From NCBI GenBank assembly GCA_964464605.1, contig CAYXJN010000008.1, positions 1-64,000 on the forward strand: a stretch of 64,000 nt of DNA, in the 5' to 3' direction. Position 1 is the stretch's first letter. The number at the start of each line of letters is the position of its first letter. Below are positions 10,467 to 19,979 of the stretch, one piece after another. The position numbers were made by a program, and so were the translations under genes. This stretch comes from an uncultured Ignavibacteriales bacterium (GTDB lineage: Bacteria; Zixibacteria; MSB-5A5; GN15; FEB-12). The notes beneath the pieces were generated by a model. The model was not told where the DNA came from and ran no database searches. It saw only the letters and a list, made by a program, of their open reading frames with translations.

Positions 10467-11657
10467 ATGATGACTTCGTTGAACAAGCCGCGCCTGACCG
10501 TTTTGGGGTTGAACTCAGGAACATCAGCCGACGCGCTTGATATGGCTGTTTTAGAGATTACCAGACAAAACAAAATGGCCCGCTGCCGGTTTATCGGTGG
10601 CAGCACCAAATCATTTCCGAAAGAGATATCTCAATTGGTTCACAAAATTATCCAGAACGATGTTTCATTACAGGATGGGCTGATGGCTCATCAGGCACTC
10701 GGCGAATTTTTCGGAAAAGCCGCCACCGCATATATAAAAGCGCTTAAGAAGAAAAAAATTACGATAGATGCTGTTGCCTCCCATGGTCAAACATTGCTGC
10801 ACGTACCGGAAGGGTTCCGTTTAGGGAAAAAACGGCTAAAGGCGACCTTTCAAGCCGGACAACTGGAAATAATAGCAGCCATGACTGGAAAGCCGGTAAC
10901 CGGAGATTTCAGACAGGCAGATATAGCGGCAGGCGGGGAAGGGGCGCCGATTACGGGAGCGGCGATGCATCGGTTATTCGCATCCACGCGTGAGTCGCGG
11001 TTGATCGTGAATATAGGCGGCATTTCCAACTTTTTTTATTTCCCTAAGGGCACAAAAGCAGAGATGTTACAGGCGGCGGACTGCGGACCGGGAAATTCAC
11101 TTTCCGATCTGTTAGCCCGGAAATTGTTTAAACGCCCGTTTGATAAGCACGGCTCGCTTGCGGCAGCTGGAAAAACTTCGATGCGGTTGTTGAGTATGCT
11201 GTTGGCGCATCCGTTTTATTCCGGCAAACTACAGTCGACCGGCCGGGAAGTATTCGGACAAACTATGGTAACGGAAATGATACAGTCAGCAAAACAACTT
11301 GGCATACATCAGCATGATCTACTGGCGACGGCTGTCGAGTTGACGACTATCAGTATCGTCAAAGCAATTCATCCGATTCTTGCGCGTGACCGTAAGATCG
11401 ATACTCTGTACGTCATGGGTGGGGGAAGAAAGAACAAGCACATGATGAAGCGCTTACAGCACCAGCTAAACGGTATCAGCGTTACCGCAATCGATGAGCT
11501 CGGTGTGAACGGCGATTTTGTCGAAGCATCCTGCTACGCTGTGATGGGTGAAGCGCTCGTTCGCGGTGAACGCTTACCCGTACCAAGAAAGAATGGAAAA
11601 TCGGTCGCATTGCCGCTTGGTAAATTTGTGCCTGCCCCGACCGGAATACGCGTATGA
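10467..11657 (+). CDS. anmK: Anhydro-N-acetylmuramic acid kinase
   Basis: GLNSGTSAD, SHGQT, DFRQADIAAGGEGAP, NIGGISN, DCGPGN, STGRE. Confidence 0.93.
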   Translation: MMTSLNKPRLTVLGLNSGTSADALDMAVLEITRQNKMARCRFIGGSTKSFPKEISQLVHKIIQNDVSLQDGLMAHQALGEFFGKAATAYIKALKKKKITIDAVASHGQTLLHVPEGFRLGKKRLKATFQAGQLEIIAAMTGKPVTGDFRQADIAAGGEGAPITGAAMHRLFASTRESRLIVNIGGISNFFYFPKGTKAEMLQAADCGPGNSLSDLLARKLFKRPFDKHGSLAAAGKTSMRLLSMLLAHPFYSGKLQSTGREVFGQTMVTEMIQSAKQLGIHQHDLLATAVELTTISIVKAIHPILARDRKIDTLYVMGGGRKNKHMMKRLQHQLNGISVTAIDELGVNGDFVEASCYAVMGEALVRGERLPVPRKNGKSVALPLGKFVPAPTGIRV

Positions 11658-12928
11658 GTAAAGAAATTATTCGTAAAGTTGTATTAATGTCTGTCCGGCT
11701 TTCAGTCGGAATGCTCGTTCTTGTCGCTATCTGGAGCTGCGCCCGTGTTCCGGGTTTGCATGATGAAAGCGGCGGCAGTTATATCCGTCTTCCGTTTGTT
11801 CGTGTGCTTTTGCAGGAAAATAGTCCCGCGGTTGAACTCAAACCGGAAGGAACATACGCAGTCGAATGTCTTACCGACACTAATCAGGCGGTCTATTTTG
11901 TTTCCAAAACATTGTCGGTTCGTGTTGTCGGTCGCACATTGACGGTTGATTACGGAAATGGAAAATCCATTGGGGATGGCCTGCGCGAGGTCAATATTAT
12001 CCCGCGTGGTCAGGATTCCCGTACTCGATTTGCCGGCAAACAGTATCGCGGTATTCTGAAATTTCTCCCGGCCGGACAAAATGTGCAGGTGATCAATGTA
12101 TTGTATATCGAGGATTATCTGCGCGGCGTTGTACCGTCTGAAATAGGCAAACGTATCGACGAGGAAGTTGAAGCAGTCAAAGCGCAGGCGATTGCTGCGA
12201 GAACCTACGCGATGCGTCATTTGCAGCAGTATGATGGTGAAGAATATGATCTCAAATCAACGGTTGCCGATCAGTTGTACGACGGTATGGGAGTAGAAGA
12301 TAATCTGGTTAACAAGGCCATCGACGCGACCGCCGGACAAGTTGCCATGTTTCAGGATGCGTATATCAACGCCTATTATCACTCGACCTGCGGCGGGATG
12401 ACGGATGATATCGATCAGGTGTGGGATAAAGCAGAATCACCGTATCTAAAAGCGGTCGCCGACAGCGGTGCCTGTTCCTGGTCAAAATATTACACTTGGA
12501 CGGAAACATTCAGCGAACCGCAGTTACGCAGCAAAATAGAGCAGTATCTTTCAGCTGATAAGGGACGGGAAATCCGGATCGGACCGATTACCGATGTTAT
12601 CGTGCGGGATCGCACAGCCGGAGGACGAATCAACACGCTGATGATTCGCACGGAAAGCGATGTCTACCGCTTCCAGAAAGACCAGATTCGCTGGGCCACA
12701 CGACGGGCATCGAACCCGGATTTGATTCTGCCTTCCGCTCGTTTCGACGTGGATGTCAGCCGTGATGCCGCCGGAAACGTGACTTCGATTACGTTCAAAG
12801 GGCGTGGCTATGGTCATGGCGTAGGCATGTGCCAGTGCGGGGCAATCGGCTTATCCCGCAACGGCTGGAAAGTCGATAAAATTCTTGGCGAATATTACCG
12901 CGGTGTAGAACTCAAGAAGCTCTATTAA
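11654..12928 (+). CDS. SpoIID/LytB-domain lytic transglycosylase, probable lipoprotein
   Basis: EDYLRGVVPSE, KAQAIAARTY, YHSTCGG, GYGHGVGMCQ; lipobox-like IWSC. Confidence 0.9.
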   Translation: MSKEIIRKVVLMSVRLSVGMLVLVAIWSCARVPGLHDESGGSYIRLPFVRVLLQENSPAVELKPEGTYAVECLTDTNQAVYFVSKTLSVRVVGRTLTVDYGNGKSIGDGLREVNIIPRGQDSRTRFAGKQYRGILKFLPAGQNVQVINVLYIEDYLRGVVPSEIGKRIDEEVEAVKAQAIAARTYAMRHLQQYDGEEYDLKSTVADQLYDGMGVEDNLVNKAIDATAGQVAMFQDAYINAYYHSTCGGMTDDIDQVWDKAESPYLKAVADSGACSWSKYYTWTETFSEPQLRSKIEQYLSADKGREIRIGPITDVIVRDRTAGGRINTLMIRTESDVYRFQKDQIRWATRRASNPDLILPSARFDVDVSRDAAGNVTSITFKGRGYGHGVGMCQCGAIGLSRNGWKVDKILGEYYRGVELKKLY

Positions 12929-12979
12929 CCGCTTCTGTTTTAATTGATTCACTTCATTGTAAAGGGTAGTATACACGGT

Positions 12980-14428
12980 ATGCGTACAGTAACGATACTG
13001 GTCTTTAGTATACTTTTATCCGTTTCAGCACAGGCTGAACAGAAGCGCTTTTTTCTCGGCGCAGGGGGTGGATTAGCGACGCTCTCAGGCGGCGACAGTG
13101 CATATTTTTATATGCAGCCCTCGTACGCGGCGATGTTCGGGGGGCGGTTATCTGATCGATGGTCGTTACGTTTTACTGCGGCCGTGATCAATCTTAAAAA
13201 CGATACGACCAATCCCGGCGCATTTGCTTTTTCCGGAGATAAAAACAACGCCACTCGTGAATTTCGTTCAACTCGGTTATTGCTTTCCCTTGATCGCAAG
13301 CTTTTGAATCCGGTTAGTGCGTTTAATCTATCACTCGGCGCCGGGCCGGGACTCCTGATATGGAAAATGCAGGATGATGAGGCCGACACCACGCTTGAGG
13401 TAGTCGGCGGTCATAACGAACAGAGTGTTGACTACGCCGGTTCGGAGTTGTTTTTGAATCTCACCGGAACAGCCTCGTTTCATTTTTCTTCTTCACTCGC
13501 ATTACAGTGGCATCTGGGAATGGATTATTTAACCGGCGCCGGAACGAATTTCGAATCAGCAGTCGACAGCCGCCGCCAACGCTGGGTTATGAGTTCACTC
13601 TTTTTCCTCAGTTGGCATTTTGGCCGTACGGCGGATAATCCGTCATGGACTTCCGACAATAACTGGAAACGACCGCCAACAACAACAGCACGGCAGTCGA
13701 CACAACGCCCCGACAGTGATGGGGATGGCGTTCCGGATGCGGTCGATGAATGCAATGACACGCCATCCGGGGTAGCCGTAAATCAAAATGGATGTCCGCG
13801 TGATACCGATCATGACGGTGTTCCTGACGATATAGATGATTGTCCGAACACGGATCGTATGGCGGCCGGATATGTCGATATTCGCGGTTGTCCGCTTGAT
13901 TCCGATTTTGACGGGATTCTTGATTACCGTGATCCCTGCCCGAACAATCCGATTGGCGCATTAGTCGATTCCGTCGGGTGTCCGATTGATACGGACTCAG
14001 ACGGCGTTCCGGACGGGCTTGATGACTGCACTTCGACATTCCCCGGATTGGAAGTTGATGTGCACGGTTGTCTTGATCTGACTGTTCTTTCCAAGCCGCT
14101 GGTGTTGTATATTGAATATCAGCCGGGAGGATTTGAAGTTGATCCGCGCAGTAAAGAAAGAATCCGCCGCCTGGCGCGGCTGTTAAGTTTTGCGCCGGAT
14201 ATCCGTGTTGAAGTGAATGCCTATACCGACGATATAGGTACTACTGAAGCGAATGCTGCATTGTCGAAAAAGCGCGCCGATCGGGTACGGGATTTTCTGG
14301 TACAGGAAGGCGTCGCGGCTGACAGGATTACCACCGTTGGACGAGGCGAAGTGAACTTTATCGCTTCCAATGAAACAGCCGACGGACGAGCGAAAAATCG
14401 ACGGATAGAAATTTTATTTTTGAGATAA
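12980..14428 (+). CDS. OmpA-family protein with N-terminal beta-barrel and thrombospondin type 3 repeats
   Basis: Signal peptide; four DxDxDG(V/I)xDxxDxC repeats; YTD...NxxLSxxRA...NRRIE. Confidence 0.88.
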   Translation: MRTVTILVFSILLSVSAQAEQKRFFLGAGGGLATLSGGDSAYFYMQPSYAAMFGGRLSDRWSLRFTAAVINLKNDTTNPGAFAFSGDKNNATREFRSTRLLLSLDRKLLNPVSAFNLSLGAGPGLLIWKMQDDEADTTLEVVGGHNEQSVDYAGSELFLNLTGTASFHFSSSLALQWHLGMDYLTGAGTNFESAVDSRRQRWVMSSLFFLSWHFGRTADNPSWTSDNNWKRPPTTTARQSTQRPDSDGDGVPDAVDECNDTPSGVAVNQNGCPRDTDHDGVPDDIDDCPNTDRMAAGYVDIRGCPLDSDFDGILDYRDPCPNNPIGALVDSVGCPIDTDSDGVPDGLDDCTSTFPGLEVDVHGCLDLTVLSKPLVLYIEYQPGGFEVDPRSKERIRRLARLLSFAPDIRVEVNAYTDDIGTTEANAALSKKRADRVRDFLVQEGVAADRITTVGRGEVNFIASNETADGRAKNRRIEILFLR

Positions 14429-14434
14429 GAAATC

Positions 14435-15007
14435 ATGGGTGTACATCACGAATACTTCGATCAGTCAATAACCGAACGGCGCGCCAAACGGTACGCTGTC
14501 GTTATTTTTTTGCCCGCGCATCTTGATCAAATCGTGCAGCCGATTCGTGAGAAGTATGATCCGTTATATAATTTAGTACCGTTGCATATCAGCCTGGCGT
14601 TTCCGTTCGATTCTCCGGAGCCGCTGGATGAACTCGCCGGAAAAATCAAAAAAGTAGCGGATACCTGCAAGAGTCCGGTGATCGAGATGCATTCGATCGG
14701 CGATTTTTATCCGAAGTTTCCGGTTATCTATTGGGATATCAAGAAGAATCAGGAACTGCAAACGCTGCATAATGCCATTTACGAATCATTAAACATGAGC
14801 CGCCCCTTTCAAACCTACCTGCCGCATGCAACTATCGCCCGTGAGATATCGAATCACCGCGTATATCTGATAAAAGAGACGGTAGTACCATACTTACCGT
14901 CGGAGCGGTTTGAAGCATCCGCGCTGGATTTGATTACGCCGTTGTCCGGCCACAAGTGGGTCTCGGTTCGCACCTTTTCTTTCGGCAATTCCGGCACTTC
15001 CGAGTAA
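14435..15007 (+). CDS. 2H phosphoesterase (2'-5' RNA ligase family, YjcG-like)
   Basis: Two Hx(S/T) motifs: HISL and HATI. Confidence 0.8.
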   Translation: MGVHHEYFDQSITERRAKRYAVVIFLPAHLDQIVQPIREKYDPLYNLVPLHISLAFPFDSPEPLDELAGKIKKVADTCKSPVIEMHSIGDFYPKFPVIYWDIKKNQELQTLHNAIYESLNMSRPFQTYLPHATIAREISNHRVYLIKETVVPYLPSERFEASALDLITPLSGHKWVSVRTFSFGNSGTSE

Positions 15008-15204
15008 AAATACTGTTAGTAATTTACGGCAGCTTTTTCGTCGATATCTACAGTAAGGTGGGCTTTCTTTTGCTGTCGAGATTCCTGTTGGAATCGCATA
15101 ACTTATTGCCGCATAGGCAATAACCAGCCAATTCCCATCCTTGCCAACAGCAAAAAAGCTTGCCCTGAAGGACGAATAATGGTAAGATTCCCTGCTAGAC
15201 AGAT

Positions 15205-16443
15205 ATGAATATACTTATTGTCACTCAACACTTTCCGCCGGAACGTGGTGCGGTGCGGCGCTTATATGATTTCTCGCGATACTTCGTTCGCGCAGGTCAT
15301 AACGTCGCGGTTCTCACCGGTATGCCGAATTATCCTGATGGCATTGTGCCACCTGCGTATAAGGGAAAGTTTTTCTGCGTTGAAGAGGTCGATGGCGTAA
15401 AAATCTATCGGTCATGGCTTCTGCCTGCTTCCAACACCCAGCCGACCAAGCGAATGGTCGGGTTTATTACCTTTTTGATCACCGGACTTATCAATTCGTT
15501 TCGCATCAAACAAAAATTCGATGTCGTGCTTGCATCCACACCGCCGGTTACTACGCCGCTGATGGGTTGGATCTTAAGTAAACTTCGCCGCGCGACATTT
15601 ATTATCGAAGTTCGCGACTTGCAGCCGGAATCGAGCGAAATGTTCGGTAATTTGAATCAGTCATTATTTACGCGCATGGTTCGTAAAGTAGTGCATTCGC
15701 TATATCATCGAGCGAACCGGATCGTTTCCGTTACGGATGGTATCAGCAGTTATCTCACCACTATCGGTATTCCGGCAAACCGGATCGCGACTATCAAATC
15801 CGGTGTGGGGAATGAATTTTTGAATTCAAACGCCGATGGTATCCGTACCAAATTCGGCTGGGAAGAAAAGTTTTTGGTGCTCTACGCCGGAACAATCGGC
15901 TGGGCGCACTCACTTGAGACAATTGTCGAAGCGGCGCGTCAGTTAACCGGTGAACCGGATATTCATTTCGTATTCGTCGGCGACGGACAAAAGCGTGATT
16001 CACTTACCGGTATGGTGCGTGATTACGGACTCAAAAACGTTTCATTCATCGGCACGCAGCCCTTGGAATCGATTCCGTACTATCTGAAAGCCTGCGATGT
16101 GTTAGTCGCGAGCTTGCATGATGTTCCGGTTAGCGCGATGGCGCTGCCATCAAAACTGTTTGAATATATGGCGTCCGGCCGGCCGATTCTCTTCGGTTCC
16201 CGTTCGGGTGAAGCAGTTGCCGAGTTGGAGCAGGCAGGCGGCGCACTGAAATTCAGTACCGATTCGCCGGATCAGTTGAGTGATTTAATTTTGAATCTTC
16301 GTGACGGTAAAATAGATGGCCGCAAGCTCGGACAATCCTACTATGACCATGTGCAGCGGAACCATCACCGTGAGAAGTGGGCATCAGAGTATTTGAGCTT
16401 TATTCAAAGTTCAGTAGATTCTCCCGAAGTACCGAACCGATAA
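15205..16443 (+). CDS. Glycosyltransferase family 4
   Basis: QHFPPE, PNYPDG, YAGTIG, PSKLFEYMASGRPI. Confidence 0.9.
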   Translation: MNILIVTQHFPPERGAVRRLYDFSRYFVRAGHNVAVLTGMPNYPDGIVPPAYKGKFFCVEEVDGVKIYRSWLLPASNTQPTKRMVGFITFLITGLINSFRIKQKFDVVLASTPPVTTPLMGWILSKLRRATFIIEVRDLQPESSEMFGNLNQSLFTRMVRKVVHSLYHRANRIVSVTDGISSYLTTIGIPANRIATIKSGVGNEFLNSNADGIRTKFGWEEKFLVLYAGTIGWAHSLETIVEAARQLTGEPDIHFVFVGDGQKRDSLTGMVRDYGLKNVSFIGTQPLESIPYYLKACDVLVASLHDVPVSAMALPSKLFEYMASGRPILFGSRSGEAVAELEQAGGALKFSTDSPDQLSDLILNLRDGKIDGRKLGQSYYDHVQRNHHREKWASEYLSFIQSSVDSPEVPNR

Positions 16444-16468
16444 TTTCCCACAATCAATCCCGATTAGG

Positions 16469-17488
16469 TTATTGCGCGTAACTTGGCTGCCAAGCCGGTT
16501 TGAAACTGTTCGCTGCAAATGAGCGGCGCAAAAGTGGTTTCCGCTCGGCGATAACACTGCGCAAACGGCGATAACGGCAGATCGCTACTTCCTGATTAGT
16601 GATGACGGCAAAATCGGAACGGCCATCAGTCCAGGCGCCGGCATCGATAAAGAAACATTTTTCTTTCGCAAATGAGTGTTCCAAGTGTGGGCGATGGGTG
16701 TGTCCGCTGACGAAAATTTTCGGCGCGTAGTTCTGCTGCTTTTTTTTCTCGAGAATCAATCTTTCAAAGTATTCTAAATGATGCCCCGGGTACGGCCGTG
16801 AATCCGGGTATTCAGCGCGCTCTTCCCATCCTGACACAACCCCAAGCGCGCTCTTGCGAAGGGAGCGGCGATCAAGCAGCGTTTGGCGCATCGAGTGCAG
16901 TTTCAATTCAATTTTTCGCACCCCATGCAAAACGGACATCGCCGTATCCCAAAAGGGTAAAAGCGGATTCGCAAAATGGTACCAGCGATCGGCAAGGAAG
17001 CCATGCTCAAGATGTACTAGGCCATCCTGACCGTGTGGCTGAAAACCAGGATGATGGCGCAGTTCGTAATCATGGTTACCGTATACACAGTGAGCTTTGA
17101 GTTGTGTTAACAGGATCAGAATCGAATCGTAAAAATGGTGCGAGCGGCGGATTTCCTGAGTCGTAACGCGCCGTCCGGTTTTCGGATTGGGAAAACGGAG
17201 TTCGTATAAATCCCCAAGCTGATAGACCTGTAACCGTTTTCCTTTTTTCGATAAATCAGCTTTAAGTTGTACTAAGTAGAGCAGAAAATTGACAAGCGCT
17301 TCCGCGCCGAATTTGAAATTGTCGAGCGTGGAATCATGGATGAACATGTGCATGTCCGGAATAGCGACCAGAACATCAGAGTCTTTTAAAATAGGACGCC
17401 ATTTTTTTGGGACAGCCGTCGGCGTTCCTTCATCGGAGATAATCTGAATCCGCTCGTTTTTGTCGATGAACTGTTCTTGTATGGTCAT
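16469..17488 (-). CDS. Calcineurin-like metallophosphoesterase
   Basis: DMH, GDLYE, GNHD, EHG and GHTH motifs. Confidence 0.8.
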   Translation of the reverse strand: MTIQEQFIDKNERIQIISDEGTPTAVPKKWRPILKDSDVLVAIPDMHMFIHDSTLDNFKFGAEALVNFLLYLVQLKADLSKKGKRLQVYQLGDLYELRFPNPKTGRRVTTQEIRRSHHFYDSILILLTQLKAHCVYGNHDYELRHHPGFQPHGQDGLVHLEHGFLADRWYHFANPLLPFWDTAMSVLHGVRKIELKLHSMRQTLLDRRSLRKSALGVVSGWEERAEYPDSRPYPGHHLEYFERLILEKKKQQNYAPKIFVSGHTHRPHLEHSFAKEKCFFIDAGAWTDGRSDFAVITNQEVAICRYRRLRSVIAERKPLLRRSFAANSFKPAWQPSYAQ

Positions 17489-17622
17489 AGCCTGTTTTCC
17501 TCTCTTTGGCAAAGCAGAGGTTCATGGTTATTCTCGACACTATGAACAGTTTTTATGTTAGCGGATGGTTAGTTAGTTGTGAATTATCCTTGAAATTCAG
17601 GTAAGATAACGGTTGGCGACAG

Positions 17623-18402
17623 TCAATTACTGCTGTTTGCCACAGCAATAAGGAAAATACCTTCGAGGGTAAGCTCCGGATGTATCGTTTTTATACAGCG
17701 GGAATCCTGCGAAATCGATTCGATTAATCCACCGGTACCGATAATTTTGCAGTTTGACGTATTCAAATTTAACTCAGCAAGAATTCGCTCGATGATATAG
17801 TCGATTTGCCCGATCGTTCCAAAATACGCGCCTGCCTGCATAGCGCCGACGGTATGTTTACCGATTACCGAAGCCGGTTTTTCGAAAGGAACGTCGAACA
17901 ATTGCGCGGCATTGCCAGCTAAAGCATGCAACGAGGTAATAGCACCCGGCGCAATAACGCCGCCGATAAACTCACCGTTTTTGGTGACGACATCGAACTT
18001 CGACGCGGTTCCCATATCGACAACAATCACCGGTCCGCCATAACGGGAAAATCCACCGACTGCGTTGGCGATACGATCCGTGCCGACTTTGTCCGGATTT
18101 TCGATAGCAATTTTTACGGGAAGAGTGATTTCATTGTTGACGATTATCGGTTCGATTTTGCAGAGTTCGGTGATAGCGGCTGCTATGTGTTCCGTCAACT
18201 GTGGAACGACAGAAGCCATCCCGGCATTGGTTATTTTCGCCGGTTCGATACGCACTTCACTGAAAAAAGATTGTACCACCTGCGTGGCGACTTCCGGTTT
18301 TTGCATCGTCGGGGTAGGAACACGCTTGGTACACACCCAGGTATTGTTGTCGAAAATACCGAGTTTGATATTGGAGTTGCCGATGTCGATGGAAAGAAAC
18401 AT
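17623..18402 (-). CDS. coaX: Type III pantothenate kinase
   Basis: IDIGNSN, SVVP, GTDRIAN, VDMGTA, GGVIAPG, TGG. Confidence 0.93.
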   Translation of the reverse strand: MFLSIDIGNSNIKLGIFDNNTWVCTKRVPTPTMQKPEVATQVVQSFFSEVRIEPAKITNAGMASVVPQLTEHIAAAITELCKIEPIIVNNEITLPVKIAIENPDKVGTDRIANAVGGFSRYGGPVIVVDMGTASKFDVVTKNGEFIGGVIAPGAITSLHALAGNAAQLFDVPFEKPASVIGKHTVGAMQAGAYFGTIGQIDYIIERILAELNLNTSNCKIIGTGGLIESISQDSRCIKTIHPELTLEGIFLIAVANSSN

Positions 18403-18406
18403 AATT

Positions 18407-18769
18407 TTATTGTAAGCTGTCCGGCAGTACGACGGAATCGGTAACCTTGATTTCCAGTTTACCGAGCGAGTCGACATAGGTTCCGACCAGTTCGGTGAAA
18501 CTGTTATACGCTTCCGGTTCTGCCTGGTATTGGTTCAAGTAGGTCGTCATTTCCTCTTTTGTCATCTGGTTGGCAGCAAGAAGGGAGTCGCGAAAGGCTA
18601 AAAACCGAGGTTCATCTTTTCGGTATTTGGCGGATGCCACCAAAAGTTGGGCGGTAACCAAAGCACGCTGTTTCAAAAAGTACTCATCATGCTCCGCCTT
18701 ATGGTGAAAGTGCCAAACAGCACCTCCGGCAACCAGAACTAAGGCAATGAAAATCAACCGCTTACTCAT
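18407..18769 (-). CDS. Hypothetical exported helical protein
   Basis: N-terminal TM/signal, 120 aa, immediately upstream of coaX. Confidence 0.65.
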   Translation of the reverse strand: MSKRLIFIALVLVAGGAVWHFHHKAEHDEYFLKQRALVTAQLLVASAKYRKDEPRFLAFRDSLLAANQMTKEEMTTYLNQYQAEPEAYNSFTELVGTYVDSLGKLEIKVTDSVVLPDSLQ

Positions 18770-18856
18770 GATGCTACCAGTTCCAACTTTTGCTTGAATT
18801 CATGCGTATAATCCGATACACTATGTCTACTTTGTCAAGCAAGGTCAACAAATAGC

Positions 18857-19951
18857 ATGATAACCCTGAATTTCCCCATAACCCGCCGTAAAAGCCGGGT
18901 AGTGAAAATTAAAGAAGTCCTGATCGGCGGCGGATTTCCTATCGCTGTCCAGTCGATGACTACCGCCGACACGCGGGATGTCGACAAAGCCGTTGAGCAG
19001 ATTAACGCCCTGTATGATGTCGGCGCCGATATTGTCCGAATCTCGGTACTCAATCATGATGCGGGGGATCAGCTCAAACAGATTCGTCAGCGTATTCCCG
19101 ATAAACCGCTCGTTGCCGACATTCATTTCCAGTACAAACTTGCGCTCAAAGCGATCGAAGCCGGATTCGACAAAATTCGTATCAATCCCGGCAATATCGG
19201 CGCTGAGTGGAAAGTCCGTGAAGTTACCAAAGCGGCCAAAGAACGGTATGTGCCTATTCGTATCGGCGTAAACTCCGGTTCACTTCCGGCTGATTTGCTC
19301 AAGGAATACGGACACGATGACCCGCGCGCATTTTGCGAAGCGGCAATGCGTGAGGTAGCAGTGCTTGAAGATATGGATTTTCAGAACATTGTTATCTCGG
19401 TCAAATCGACCAATGTCAATACAGCCTTCTGGGCGTACCATATGCTCGCAGAAAAGTGCGATTATCCGTTACATGTCGGAATCACCGAAGCCGGTATTCT
19501 TGAAACGGGAACGATTAAATCATCAGTCGGTATCGGCGCGATTTTGATGACCGGTGTCGGCGATACGATTCGTGTTTCGCTTGCGGCAGATCCGATTCAT
19601 GAAGTGCGTGTCGGTAAACAAATTCTTTCTTCATGTGAACTCCGCAATGAAGGAATCGATGTTATCGCGTGTCCTACCTGTGGACGCTGCCAGATCGATT
19701 TGATTCCATTAGCTGAATCGATTGCCAAAAAAGTCGGCCATATCAAAACCCCGCTTAAAGTCGCAGTTATGGGCTGCGCGGTGAATGGCCCCGGTGAAGC
19801 GGCTGCTGCCGATGTCGGTATTGCGGGTGGAGATGGTAAAGGGATGCTTATCAAGAAGGGGGAGATTGTCCGATTGATGGATGAAGCTGACCTTGAAAAA
19901 TCACTGCTCGATGAAATCGAAGCAATGACCGGCGAGACGATACCGCGGTAG
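18857..19951 (+). CDS. ispG: (E)-4-hydroxy-3-methylbut-2-enyl-diphosphate synthase
   Basis: VQSMT, ADIHF, RINPGN, GDTIRVSL, CPTCGR, MGCAVNGPGE. Confidence 0.97.
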   Translation: MITLNFPITRRKSRVVKIKEVLIGGGFPIAVQSMTTADTRDVDKAVEQINALYDVGADIVRISVLNHDAGDQLKQIRQRIPDKPLVADIHFQYKLALKAIEAGFDKIRINPGNIGAEWKVREVTKAAKERYVPIRIGVNSGSLPADLLKEYGHDDPRAFCEAAMREVAVLEDMDFQNIVISVKSTNVNTAFWAYHMLAEKCDYPLHVGITEAGILETGTIKSSVGIGAILMTGVGDTIRVSLAADPIHEVRVGKQILSSCELRNEGIDVIACPTCGRCQIDLIPLAESIAKKVGHIKTPLKVAVMGCAVNGPGEAAAADVGIAGGDGKGMLIKKGEIVRLMDEADLEKSLLDEIEAMTGETIPR

Positions 19952-19979
19952 TTTACGATTTACAGAGACGGGGGATTTC

